Part shown: in pieces, positions 11,888-19,945 of the stretch
Numbering within the stretch: position 1 is the stretch's first letter
How the letters are laid out: each line of letters opens with the position of its first letter
Origin: Gammaproteobacteria bacterium
GTDB lineage: Bacteria > Pseudomonadota > Gammaproteobacteria > Ga0077536
Assembly: GCA_963662545.2 (NCBI GenBank)
Contig: CAXXLL010000002.1
Coordinates: 224,001 to 288,000 of the forward strand
Direction: 5' to 3'
DNA: 64,000 nucleotides
Translations under genes and position numbers: made by a program
Notes under the pieces: generated by a model
Databases searched by the model: none
Told to the model about the DNA's origin: nothing
What the model saw: the letters and a program-made list of their open reading frames with translations, nothing else

Positions 11888-11944
11888 TTGCACAAGAGTA
11901 CCTCAACCATACATAATGTCGTTTGATGTCATTGACATTAAACG
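11888..11944 (+). promoter_or_regulatory. Putative promoter and inverted-repeat operator of relBE
   Basis: TTGCAC (11888), 18 bp spacer, CATAAT (11912). Inverted repeat CGTTTGATGTCA-T-TGACATTAAACG at 11920-11944 with one mismatch. Confidence 0.65.
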
Positions 11945-11952
11945 GGGTTATT

Positions 11953-12174
11953 ATGACTCAAATTACCGCGCGCCTGCCCGACGAACTTGTCCAGGCCTTG
12001 GATCAAACGGCGCGCAGCCTTAATCGCTCCCGGGCCGAAGTGATCCGGCAAGCCGTGGAACGTTACCTGGAAGATTTCGATGACCTGAGTGTCGCAATCG
12101 AGCGATTACAGGATCCTAATGATCCTGTTCTCGACTGGGATGAGGTCAAGCGTGATCTACTCGGTCAGAATTAA
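11953..12174 (+). CDS. RHH/CopG antitoxin (RelB-like)
   Basis: MTQITARLPDEL...RSRAEVIRQAVERYLEDFDD...LDWDEVK; overlaps the downstream toxin. Confidence 0.87.
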   Translation: MTQITARLPDELVQALDQTARSLNRSRAEVIRQAVERYLEDFDDLSVAIERLQDPNDPVLDWDEVKRDLLGQN

Positions 12175-12424
12175 GGGTAGTGCAGCGAAAGAGCTTGCCG
12201 GGATCGAAAAAGCACCTCGGGCGCAGATCATCGAATCGATCGATGCGCTGGCTGAGAATCCCCACAGGGGCAGTGCGCTGAAAGGTGACCTGAGCGGGCT
12301 GCGCCGAATACGCGTTGGTAACTATCGAGTGATCTACGAGATTATCAAGGTTGAAGTCCTTGTCCTCGTAGTCCAGGTGCGACACCGGCGAGATGTCTAT
12401 CGCAAGAGAGGCGCGACTCGCTGA
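12152..12424 (+). CDS. relE: RelE/ParE-family toxin
   Basis: YSVRIKGSAAKEL, LAENP, LRRIRVGNYRVIYEI, VRHRRDVY. GTG start at 12152. Confidence 0.9.
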   Translation: MIYSVRIKGSAAKELAGIEKAPRAQIIESIDALAENPHRGSALKGDLSGLRRIRVGNYRVIYEIIKVEVLVLVVQVRHRRDVYRKRGATR

Positions 12425-12574
12425 GATTGACCTTCAGCGCCGAGCTCGGTGTGCATCGCGCAGTTCGTCGTCCGCCGACCACTCGCATTTGAATGACCCG
12501 GCGAACGTTGGGCGGCATTCGTAGAGCAATAGTTGGTAGACGTTACTGCTATGCTGGCAGGCGGGGCAGTCCAT
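12397..12574 (-). pseudogene. Internally deleted relic of a fourth cyclase-NTPase paralogue
   Basis: Hand translation: MDCPACQHS (family N-terminus) joined to YQLLLYECRPTFAGSFKCEWSADDELRDAH, then in a shifted frame TELGAEGQSQRVAPLLR* (family C-terminus). Confidence 0.82.
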
Positions 12575-12577
12575 TGG

Positions 12578-15500
12578 CTAATCGAGTGCCTTGGCGAGGC
12601 GTTCTACGTGCGTAGTAAGCCCCATCTCTGTGCACAGGCGATGTGCGGTACGCAACTCCTCCTCGGCCGACCACTTACCACCGAAAGCCTTTGCAAATGC
12701 GGCGCGTTGTTCATGGATAAACGGCTGAAAATAGCGACCCTTCGTTTGTGTGATCAGCGTTTGCAGTTCGTCGAGCGCCGCGAGTGCCCCGGATTCATCG
12801 CCCAGCACGATGCGGGCGCGCGCGAGCGAGACCCATGGTTGCATATCATGAATCGAGCGTTTCGACCGACAGAAATCCACGCCGTTTTCTGCCCATCGCA
12901 GGCCGTCTTCAATTTTTCCTTGTTCGATGCAGGCCTCACTTAACGCGCCAGTCGCGGCGCCGCGGTAGTAACGCATTTGCATTGCATCACCGATTTGCAC
13001 CGCGGTTTCGAGAAAATCGTGCGCTCTATCCGTCTCCCACATGTTTAGGCAGGTAATACCCATGCACAAATTCGCAAGCGTACCGGCAAACCCGGCTTCG
13101 CTGTGCCCGGCGTCCTCGTAAACTGAGCGTGCTCGGTCGAGCGCCGTATCCCGATTGCCATCGAGGATCGCGAAACGGCACGCATGATAGCGGCCCAGCC
13201 ACATCATCTCGGGAGACATCTCGGTCGTTGGAAATCGCTCGAACTCACTGAGCAAGCGCTTCGCTTCTTCAAATCGTCCGAGTGTCCAGAGACTACCGCA
13301 CGCCGCGACCGTTAGGCCCGCGCGTATGCTATTACCCATTATCCTTACGCCGAATTCGCCATCATCGGGGCTATTGGCGAGTGCGTATTCTTTGACATTT
13401 AGGGCATCCTCGAACCGGCCTGCCGCGAAGTAGGCCCAGATGAGATAAAAACGCATGCCGAGCCGCAGTTCGGTTTCACCGATCTGATCTGCGAGACGGA
13501 CGGCTTCCTCGGAGTGCTTAACGTACTTCTGCGAATCCCCGATCGTTACGCCTTGCGCCACCGAATATCCACCCTGCAGGTAGACAAGCGTGGTCAGGTC
13601 ACCAGAGCGCTCGGCGAAAGCCTTGCCGTCCTCAAAATTGCGTTCGATATCTTCTTCCTTCCCACCGAGGCGCCAACCCAAGGTTAGGATCTGTGAGCAT
13701 GCCTGAGCACCAAGCATGAGGTTCTCTTTCTCGGGCGGCAGTTCGTCGATGAACTCACGCACGCGACGCCAGTGGTGGATCGAACCGGTTGCATCTTTGC
13801 GATAGGACCAGACTGCTGCACGCCGGTGCCATTCAACGGCTTGTGCGTGATCGCCCGCGACCTCCCAGTGATAAGCGAGCAGCGGCGAGCGCTCATCGAG
13901 ATTGTCGGGCTCGAAGGCCTCGAACGCCTGCGCAACGGCCCCGTGGACCTGTGCACGATGGCTCTGAAGTTGCGAGTTGTACGCAACTTCCTGCGTCAGT
14001 GGGTGTTTAAAAGCGCACTCGACGATCGGGTATAGCGAGCGCTCATAGATAAAGTCGCCGTCCTTCAGAATCTCGAGGGCAATACCGAATTCACTGCTTG
14101 CCAGCTCCGATACGGTCTCGAGTAGCGGCAGGGGAAACTCCTTACCGATCACCGCTGCCGTTTGCAGCAGCTGCTTGCTCGGATCGGACAGGCGATCGAT
14201 GCGTGCAGCGAGTACGGCCCGCACGTTGACAGGCACGGCCAGTTCTCGAACGTCCATAACCAGATGATAGGCACCGGGACTACCCTCGAGCTGCCCGGTC
14301 TCGACCAGTTCCTGAATGACTTCTTCGGTGTAGAACGGATTGCCGGTCGTCCACTGTACGATGCGGTCCGACAACTTGTTCAGCGATGGATCGCCGCCGA
14401 GGATACTGCCGACCAGTTCCCTGATGACCTCGTTGCCCAGAGGCGCAAGCGGCAATTGATGATAATGGGCGCGTCGCATCCAGTCGGCCTGGTATTCGGG
14501 GCGGAAATTTAGCAGCAACAGATTTCGACTGTGCTCTATGGTGGACGCAATTATTTGCGTCAGAAATGCATCACTACCCGGGTCGATCCAGTGCAGGTCG
14601 TCGATAAAAAGAAGCATCGTGATGCCGCGCTCCGCCTGGGCACGGTAGAGCGTATGCAGCATGGAGACGAGCTGCCGTTGCCGGGCGTCGGCGTCGAGCT
14701 CAAGTGCCGGCATATCGGGATCGCCGACACCCATGAATTCGAACAGCACCGGCAGTCCATCGCGCAGACTCTCGTCAAGCAACAGCATCGCGCCGGCAAT
14801 TTTTCGCCTGGCTTCCGTTTCATCGTCCCGGGCCTTGATGCCGAAATAGCTTCGGTACAACGCGAGAATGGGAACGAAGGGAATGTTTTTACCGTGTGCC
14901 GGACAGTGCGCTTCAAGGATCATGAGACCATTTGCACGGCAGCGTTTTACAAATTCCAGGCACAGCCGGCTCTTGCCGAGCCCGGCCTCGCCTACGACCC
15001 CGACCACTTGGCCGTTGCCGGCGCTGGCCTGGGCCAGTGCCGCATCCAGTGTCTGCATTTCGTCATGGCGTCCGACGAAGCGGGTCAGGCCGCGCGATTG
15101 CGACACCTCGATGCGCGTTCTCGATGTCCCGACATCTTCGAGCTCGAAGATACCGGTCGCACTGCCGGTTTTGGATAAATTCGAGGCGCCCAGTGAACGC
15201 AGGCGGAAATAGCCTTCAACGAGGTGTTGTGTGCTTTCGCTTAGATAAACGCGTCCGGGTTCTGCGAGTTGTTCGATGCGTTGCGCAAGGCCGACGGTAT
15301 GCCCCTGGGCCGTGTAATCCATGCGCAGGTCGTCGCCGATCTTGCCTACCACGACCTCGCCGGAGTTGAGACCGATGCGGAGGGCAAAACTCACCCCTCG
15401 CTCGATGCGTAACTGGTCGGCGTAAACGCCGAGCTTCTGCCGGATGTCCAGGGCGGCGTAACAGGCCCGCTGGGCATGATCCTCGTGGGCGATCGGCGCG

Positions 15501-15937
15501 CCGAAGAGTGCCATGATGCCGTCGCCCGTATACTGGTTAACCGTCCCTTCAAATCGATGGACGCCTTCGGTGAGGATGGCGAAGAAGCGATCGAGGATCT
15601 CATGCCATTCTTCCGCGTCGAGCTGGCGCGCCAGTTCCATCGAACCCTTTACATCGGCGAACATAACGGTGAGGTCTTTGCGTTCGCCTTCGAGCGCGGC
15701 TCGAGAGGTCAGGATCTTGTCAGCGAGGTGTTTGGGTGTGTAGTCGGCGATCGATCGTGGTGCTGATATTTCATTTTTGGGGCCCGCTGAAACGTCAATC
15801 CCGCACCCGGGACAGAAACGCGCATTAGGTGACAGTGCTTCGCCACAACTCGCGCAGTTTCGCTCGAGCTTTGCTCCGCAGGATTCGCAGAACCGCGCGC
15901 TGTCGTTATTCGCGTGTTGGCAGGATGGGCAGTTCAT
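12578..15937 (-). CDS. Zn-ribbon / class III cyclase / STAND-like NTPase / TPR-like protein, paralogue 3
   Basis: 1119 aa with the same motif order (GEAGLGKS, FIDDLHW, GNPFYTEE). Confidence 0.93.
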   Translation of the reverse strand: MNCPSCQHANNDSARFCESCGAKLERNCASCGEALSPNARFCPGCGIDVSAGPKNEISAPRSIADYTPKHLADKILTSRAALEGERKDLTVMFADVKGSMELARQLDAEEWHEILDRFFAILTEGVHRFEGTVNQYTGDGIMALFGAPIAHEDHAQRACYAALDIRQKLGVYADQLRIERGVSFALRIGLNSGEVVVGKIGDDLRMDYTAQGHTVGLAQRIEQLAEPGRVYLSESTQHLVEGYFRLRSLGASNLSKTGSATGIFELEDVGTSRTRIEVSQSRGLTRFVGRHDEMQTLDAALAQASAGNGQVVGVVGEAGLGKSRLCLEFVKRCRANGLMILEAHCPAHGKNIPFVPILALYRSYFGIKARDDETEARRKIAGAMLLLDESLRDGLPVLFEFMGVGDPDMPALELDADARQRQLVSMLHTLYRAQAERGITMLLFIDDLHWIDPGSDAFLTQIIASTIEHSRNLLLLNFRPEYQADWMRRAHYHQLPLAPLGNEVIRELVGSILGGDPSLNKLSDRIVQWTTGNPFYTEEVIQELVETGQLEGSPGAYHLVMDVRELAVPVNVRAVLAARIDRLSDPSKQLLQTAAVIGKEFPLPLLETVSELASSEFGIALEILKDGDFIYERSLYPIVECAFKHPLTQEVAYNSQLQSHRAQVHGAVAQAFEAFEPDNLDERSPLLAYHWEVAGDHAQAVEWHRRAAVWSYRKDATGSIHHWRRVREFIDELPPEKENLMLGAQACSQILTLGWRLGGKEEDIERNFEDGKAFAERSGDLTTLVYLQGGYSVAQGVTIGDSQKYVKHSEEAVRLADQIGETELRLGMRFYLIWAYFAAGRFEDALNVKEYALANSPDDGEFGVRIMGNSIRAGLTVAACGSLWTLGRFEEAKRLLSEFERFPTTEMSPEMMWLGRYHACRFAILDGNRDTALDRARSVYEDAGHSEAGFAGTLANLCMGITCLNMWETDRAHDFLETAVQIGDAMQMRYYRGAATGALSEACIEQGKIEDGLRWAENGVDFCRSKRSIHDMQPWVSLARARIVLGDESGALAALDELQTLITQTKGRYFQPFIHEQRAAFAKAFGGKWSAEEELRTAHRLCTEMGLTTHVERLAKALD

Positions 15938-15972
15938 GGTTCGTAAAGGTGATTCTTCCCCAAAACGTATGA

Positions 15973-16161
15973 TCAGGCTGTGTACTCTACCTCCGCCTGA
16001 ATACGTTCTCCCATTTCTTTCTCGACAATCGTCAGGGCTCGGTGGTTCCTACGGCCTCCGGTGAGCTTGTGCAGGCCGATGCTCTTAAATGGTCTGCGGT
16101 CGTGCAGCGAAGTTGCGGCGTTCAAGGCGGCCTGAAGATCTTCGGCAGCTTCATAGAACGC
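15973..16161 (-). pseudogene. HigB-like toxin fragment fused to a HigA-like C-terminus (TA relic)
   Basis: Hand translation AAEDLQAALNAATSLHDRRPFKSIGLHKLTGGRRNHRALTI resembles the HigB core. VEKEMGERIQAEVEYTA* resembles a HigA tail. No start codon. Confidence 0.65.
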
Positions 16162-16163
16162 GT

Positions 16164-17570
16164 TTACGGTGCGGCTCCCGACCCCATGCGCATATCCTTC
16201 ATCCGCCCGTCACTTTGCAACAAACCGAGTACCGCATGATCAAGATCCAATCGCTCGCCGCGCCAGTTCGCTACACACGTCTCCGCGGAAACGTGAATAC
16301 CTCTCGCCCGTACTAATTGGGCAAGGTCTTCGGTCGCGGGCGTCGGTGCGGGTACCTCTGGGAGCAGCATACCGTCGGGACGCAGGAATAATAGCTTGCC
16401 GTCGTCGCGCCGTTCGAGCGTAAAGCCGCCTTCGTGTATGAGTTGGTGATGATGCCGGCACAGCAGTACGAGGTTCTGCACACTGGTCTCGCCGCCGTCC
16501 GCCCAATGCCTTATATGGTGCGCATCGACGCTGCGGTGGCGGATACACCCCGGAAACCGGCAGCCGCGGTCGCGCGCTTCGAGCGCCCGGCGAATAGCGG
16601 ACGGTACGGCACGGGTCTTGCGGCCGATGGCGAGCGGTTCACCATCGGCGTCCTCTTCGATCTGGACGATCCCGGCGTCGCAGGCGAGCCGCCGGGCGGT
16701 CTCCGCGGCCAGGGCCGGGCCATGCTCGATTTCGCAGCGCGTCGTGCGGTCTTCTGCGCGTAAGGTGTCCCGATCGACGTATACGACGATTTGATGGCGG
16801 TCGGCTTGTTTGGATGTAAGCGCGCCATGCGCCAGGAACTGCTCGCCCAGGTGACTGAGCGCATCGGCACGGCGTGTGGCGGCCGGATGCGCTGCACCGG
16901 GTGACGTTCCCGCGGGAACGTCGGCGTCGACGAGCGGTTCTTTGATCTGCCCGGTGGGCACGCCGTCCGCCACGAGATCGTCCGCCGCCGCGGCGAGGGC
17001 CTTAAGCAGCATCGCGCCAGTTTCGGTCGGCAGGCGCGCCTGGATGACCAGCATGCCGTCGTCGTCGTAATACCAGTCCAGGTGGCGCGCTTGGTGTGCA
17101 CCGTTCGCCTTCTCGGTTTCTTCGATTCGCTGCACCTGCCGATAGGCGCGCACCGTCTGCTCGACATGCATCGCCGTGCCGTGGCGCGCGATCATCAATA
17201 AAGTGTCCTCGTTCTCGGGTGTCGCCACGCGGGTCATCGCCCGCACCTTGGAGTAGCTCACGACGCCTGACGCAAACGCCGCGCTGATCTGGGGTAACGA
17301 TTCCAGTGCCCGCGCGACGCGCACCTTTTCACGCGCCGCGCCGAGTGCGATCCCGCATTTCCAGTTGAGCCAGTGGGCGCAGGAGTGTAGGCCGTGCTTG
17401 CCCCAGACTTCGCGGCGGTCGAACTCCGCGATCAGCATGAGCAACTGCCAGGTGGCGGCGGCGATGTTGGCGGCGAGGGTGGTGATCGAGTCTTCCAGGG
17501 CGTCGTCGGGGGATCGCTCAGAATGGAACTCGGGAGGGGTATGGCAAGGCGTGATAGCGAGGTCTTCCAT
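16164..17570 (-). CDS. DUF222 + HNH endonuclease (13E12/REP-like)
   Basis: SCAHWLNW, AREKVRVARALESLP, ARRLACDA, RDRGCRFPGC, DAHHIRHWADGGETSVQNLVLLCRHHH. GGAG lies upstream of ATG 17570. Confidence 0.9.
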   Translation of the reverse strand: MEDLAITPCHTPPEFHSERSPDDALEDSITTLAANIAAATWQLLMLIAEFDRREVWGKHGLHSCAHWLNWKCGIALGAAREKVRVARALESLPQISAAFASGVVSYSKVRAMTRVATPENEDTLLMIARHGTAMHVEQTVRAYRQVQRIEETEKANGAHQARHLDWYYDDDGMLVIQARLPTETGAMLLKALAAAADDLVADGVPTGQIKEPLVDADVPAGTSPGAAHPAATRRADALSHLGEQFLAHGALTSKQADRHQIVVYVDRDTLRAEDRTTRCEIEHGPALAAETARRLACDAGIVQIEEDADGEPLAIGRKTRAVPSAIRRALEARDRGCRFPGCIRHRSVDAHHIRHWADGGETSVQNLVLLCRHHHQLIHEGGFTLERRDDGKLLFLRPDGMLLPEVPAPTPATEDLAQLVRARGIHVSAETCVANWRGERLDLDHAVLGLLQSDGRMKDMRMGSGAAP

Positions 17571-17593
17571 GGCGTATTTCGCTCCAGCAAATA

Positions 17594-17613
17594 TACTGTA
17601 ATTATATCCAGTA
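17594..17613. promoter_or_regulatory. LexA (SOS) box overlapping the -10 element of the HNH gene
   Basis: TACTGTAATTATATCCAGTA fits CTG-N10-CAG with TA flanks. Minus-strand TATAAT at 17601-17606 lies inside it. Confidence 0.8.
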
Positions 17614-17678
17614 TTTGCTCGCACAGCCAGCATTTTTTCCCTTCGCGTCGTGGAAATTTTTACGGCGACCGGAAGGGC

Positions 17679-18797
17679 TCAGCCAGTACTGACGGGCAGG
17701 CGCAGTCCTTTCCGTTCTAGCCGCGGCAGGACTTCGTCCACGAAGTAGGGGAGTTCGTCGGCGTAATTGACGAATGCCACCGTGGCGCCCGCGAAACTGG
17801 CACTCGCGATCCGTTCGAGCGCGTCGGCGACCGTATCCGGATCCCCTATCAGCGGAAACACGCCGTGGCCGCCGGCGAATTGCACGCGTAATGACTCGAT
17901 CATTTCTTTCGGGAAAGACTGCGCGTGCATGCCCTGTAAGGTCATCAGCCGCTCGACCGCTTCATGATCGGCGCACTCTACGGCGTAATGTTGGTGATAA
18001 TCCTCCGCCTCCGTCCGAGTCGGCCGGCATACCACATAAGTAGTCGTGAACACACCGAGTTCGCGCTGGTAGCGTGTTCGGGCGACCGCCTGCATTTGTT
18101 TGACGACCGCCGCGCCCGAGTCCGGATCGACCATTACCGTGAACAGGAAGTCGCAGTTCTTCGCCGCGAAATCGCAGCCTTCGTCCGAAGAGCCGGCGTT
18201 CATGATCGGCGGGAGCGTGCCGCCAGCCGGTTGCGGTGTACAGCGTCCGCGGCGAATGCTGAAAAATTCGCCATTCCAATCGAAATCACCGCCCTGCCAC
18301 GCTCTGCGGATCACGTCCCACCATTCCTGCCCATAGCGGTAGCGGACGTCGTGACCGGAGGGCAGCTCGAGGCCGAACATCTCGTACTCGGGCTGGTTCC
18401 AGCCGCACACGATGTTGAGGCCGAACCGCCCCGCCGCGATGTGATCGGCCGTTGCGAACTGCTTGGCCGCGACTAGCGGATGAAGAAACGCGGTGTGGGC
18501 AGTTGCGAATACCGTGATGCGCTTCGTTTGCGCGAGTAGGCCGGTAGCCCATGTGACGGTTTCGAGAGAGTCGCCCTGGAAATCGGTATCGCCGCCGTAA
18601 CCGGTCCAGCGCGCGATCGGCAATATAAACTCGATCCCCGCCGCGTCGGCCGTTTGCGCGAGCGCGAGATTATTTTCCCAGCTCGCGTCCCAGCGCTCGG
18701 GCACCGTGGTGACCGCCATGCCGCCCGAGCAGTTCGGGGAAAAGATCCCGAGCTTGAAAGCGTTGCGACTGAACATCGCATTGTGTGGCCGCCGCAT
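17679..18797 (-). CDS. LLM-class flavin-dependent monooxygenase
   Basis: KLGIFSPNCSGG, EFILPIARWTGYGG, GRFGLNIVCGW, MNAGSS. Confidence 0.9.
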   Translation of the reverse strand: MRRPHNAMFSRNAFKLGIFSPNCSGGMAVTTVPERWDASWENNLALAQTADAAGIEFILPIARWTGYGGDTDFQGDSLETVTWATGLLAQTKRITVFATAHTAFLHPLVAAKQFATADHIAAGRFGLNIVCGWNQPEYEMFGLELPSGHDVRYRYGQEWWDVIRRAWQGGDFDWNGEFFSIRRGRCTPQPAGGTLPPIMNAGSSDEGCDFAAKNCDFLFTVMVDPDSGAAVVKQMQAVARTRYQRELGVFTTTYVVCRPTRTEAEDYHQHYAVECADHEAVERLMTLQGMHAQSFPKEMIESLRVQFAGGHGVFPLIGDPDTVADALERIASASFAGATVAFVNYADELPYFVDEVLPRLERKGLRLPVSTG

Positions 18798-18872
18798 AAT
18801 TTTCAAACCCGATCGGTTCTGCTAAATAGTTGTACGAATGAAAGTGTTTGATGACATTTTAAGCTCGGGTAC

Positions 18873-19058
18873 TCACTGCAGTGTCGTCTTCGTTACACCG
18901 CAGCGCTCACACCGTTTGATCGTGACCAGCCGACCCTGCTTCACATCGAACTGCTTCTTTTGATCAATTTCCCATTTATGAAAACCGCTTTTACAGAGCG
19001 TCTTCCCCTTCGACTTCTTTTTTCGCCGTGCCTTCTTGATAGAGACGATTTCGCCCAT
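18873..19058 (-). CDS. Small basic hypothetical protein with C/H/CxxC, possible Zn-binding
   Basis: 61 aa; LCKSGFHKW...RCERCG; 9 nt downstream of the SDR gene on the same strand. Confidence 0.7.
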   Translation of the reverse strand: MGEIVSIKKARRKKKSKGKTLCKSGFHKWEIDQKKQFDVKQGRLVTIKRCERCGVTKTTLQ

Positions 19059-19067
19059 AAGCTTCGC

Positions 19068-19835
19068 TTAACTGGCGGACATGCCACCGTCCACCGAAAA
19101 GGTCGTGCCGGAGCAGTAGCTGCTTTCGTCGCTCGCGAGAAAAAGCGCGAGCTTGGCGACTTCGTCGGCTTCACCGTAGCGTCGCATCGGCACCGAGCTT
19201 TGCATCTTTTGCTTGACGCTGTCGTGGGCGCCGGGGGCGTAACCTTCCTCGATGGAATCGATCATGCGGGTCTGGATCGGGCCCGGGTTGATCGTGTTGA
19301 CGCGGATCCCGCTCTTGGCGCATTCGAGTGCAGCCGAACGCATGATGCCGACCACCGCGTGCTTCGAGGCGATGTAGGGCGAGACGCGCGGCATGCCGCG
19401 GAGCCCGCCCATCGACGAAGTTATGATGATGCTGCCGCCGCCGCTTTTTGCCATCGCCGGAATGACGTACTTCAATCCGAGCCAGACGCCGCGGACGTTG
19501 ACCGCCATGACCCGATCGAACATGTCGATGGGATAATCGATGATCGTTGCGACGGCGCCTTCTATCCCCGCATTATTGAAAAAGACGTCGACTTGGCCGT
19601 GACGCTCGAGCGTGGCCTCGACATAGGATTCGACCTGCGCCGGGTCGCTGACATCAGCCGCGATGGCGCTCGCGTTTTCTTCGCCGATCTCGGCAACGGC
19701 GGCTTCGAGTGCTGCCTCGTCGAGGTCGACGAGCACGACTTTAGCGCCCTCTGCAGCGAAGAGCGCGGCGCTCGCGCGGCCGATCCCGCCGCTGCCGCCC
19801 GTGATGATCGCGACTTTGTCCTGCAGGCGCTGCAT
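19068..19835 (-). CDS. SDR-family oxidoreductase
   Basis: TGGSGGIG, NNAG, YIASK. Confidence 0.93.
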   Translation of the reverse strand: MQRLQDKVAIITGGSGGIGRASAALFAAEGAKVVLVDLDEAALEAAVAEIGEENASAIAADVSDPAQVESYVEATLERHGQVDVFFNNAGIEGAVATIIDYPIDMFDRVMAVNVRGVWLGLKYVIPAMAKSGGGSIIITSSMGGLRGMPRVSPYIASKHAVVGIMRSAALECAKSGIRVNTINPGPIQTRMIDSIEEGYAPGAHDSVKQKMQSSVPMRRYGEADEVAKLALFLASDESSYCSGTTFSVDGGMSAS

Positions 19836-19945
19836 TCGATGACTCCTTGCTCTGTAGATTTCTCAAGCTCAATTAAAACACAGTCCCTTCCGGGCGAAAC
19901 GATTGCGCTACAATACTTGCCGAACCAATCGAAAAGGATGATTCG

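Noticed and set aside
5085-15937. Calling the cyclases Pycsar or CBASS
   Set aside because: No CD-NTase and no adjacent cNMP-TM or cNMP-TIR effector; the architecture differs from described PycC operons.
4406-17570. Integron cassette array
   Set aside because: No integrase and no recognisable attC sites; several gaps are only 3-19 bp.
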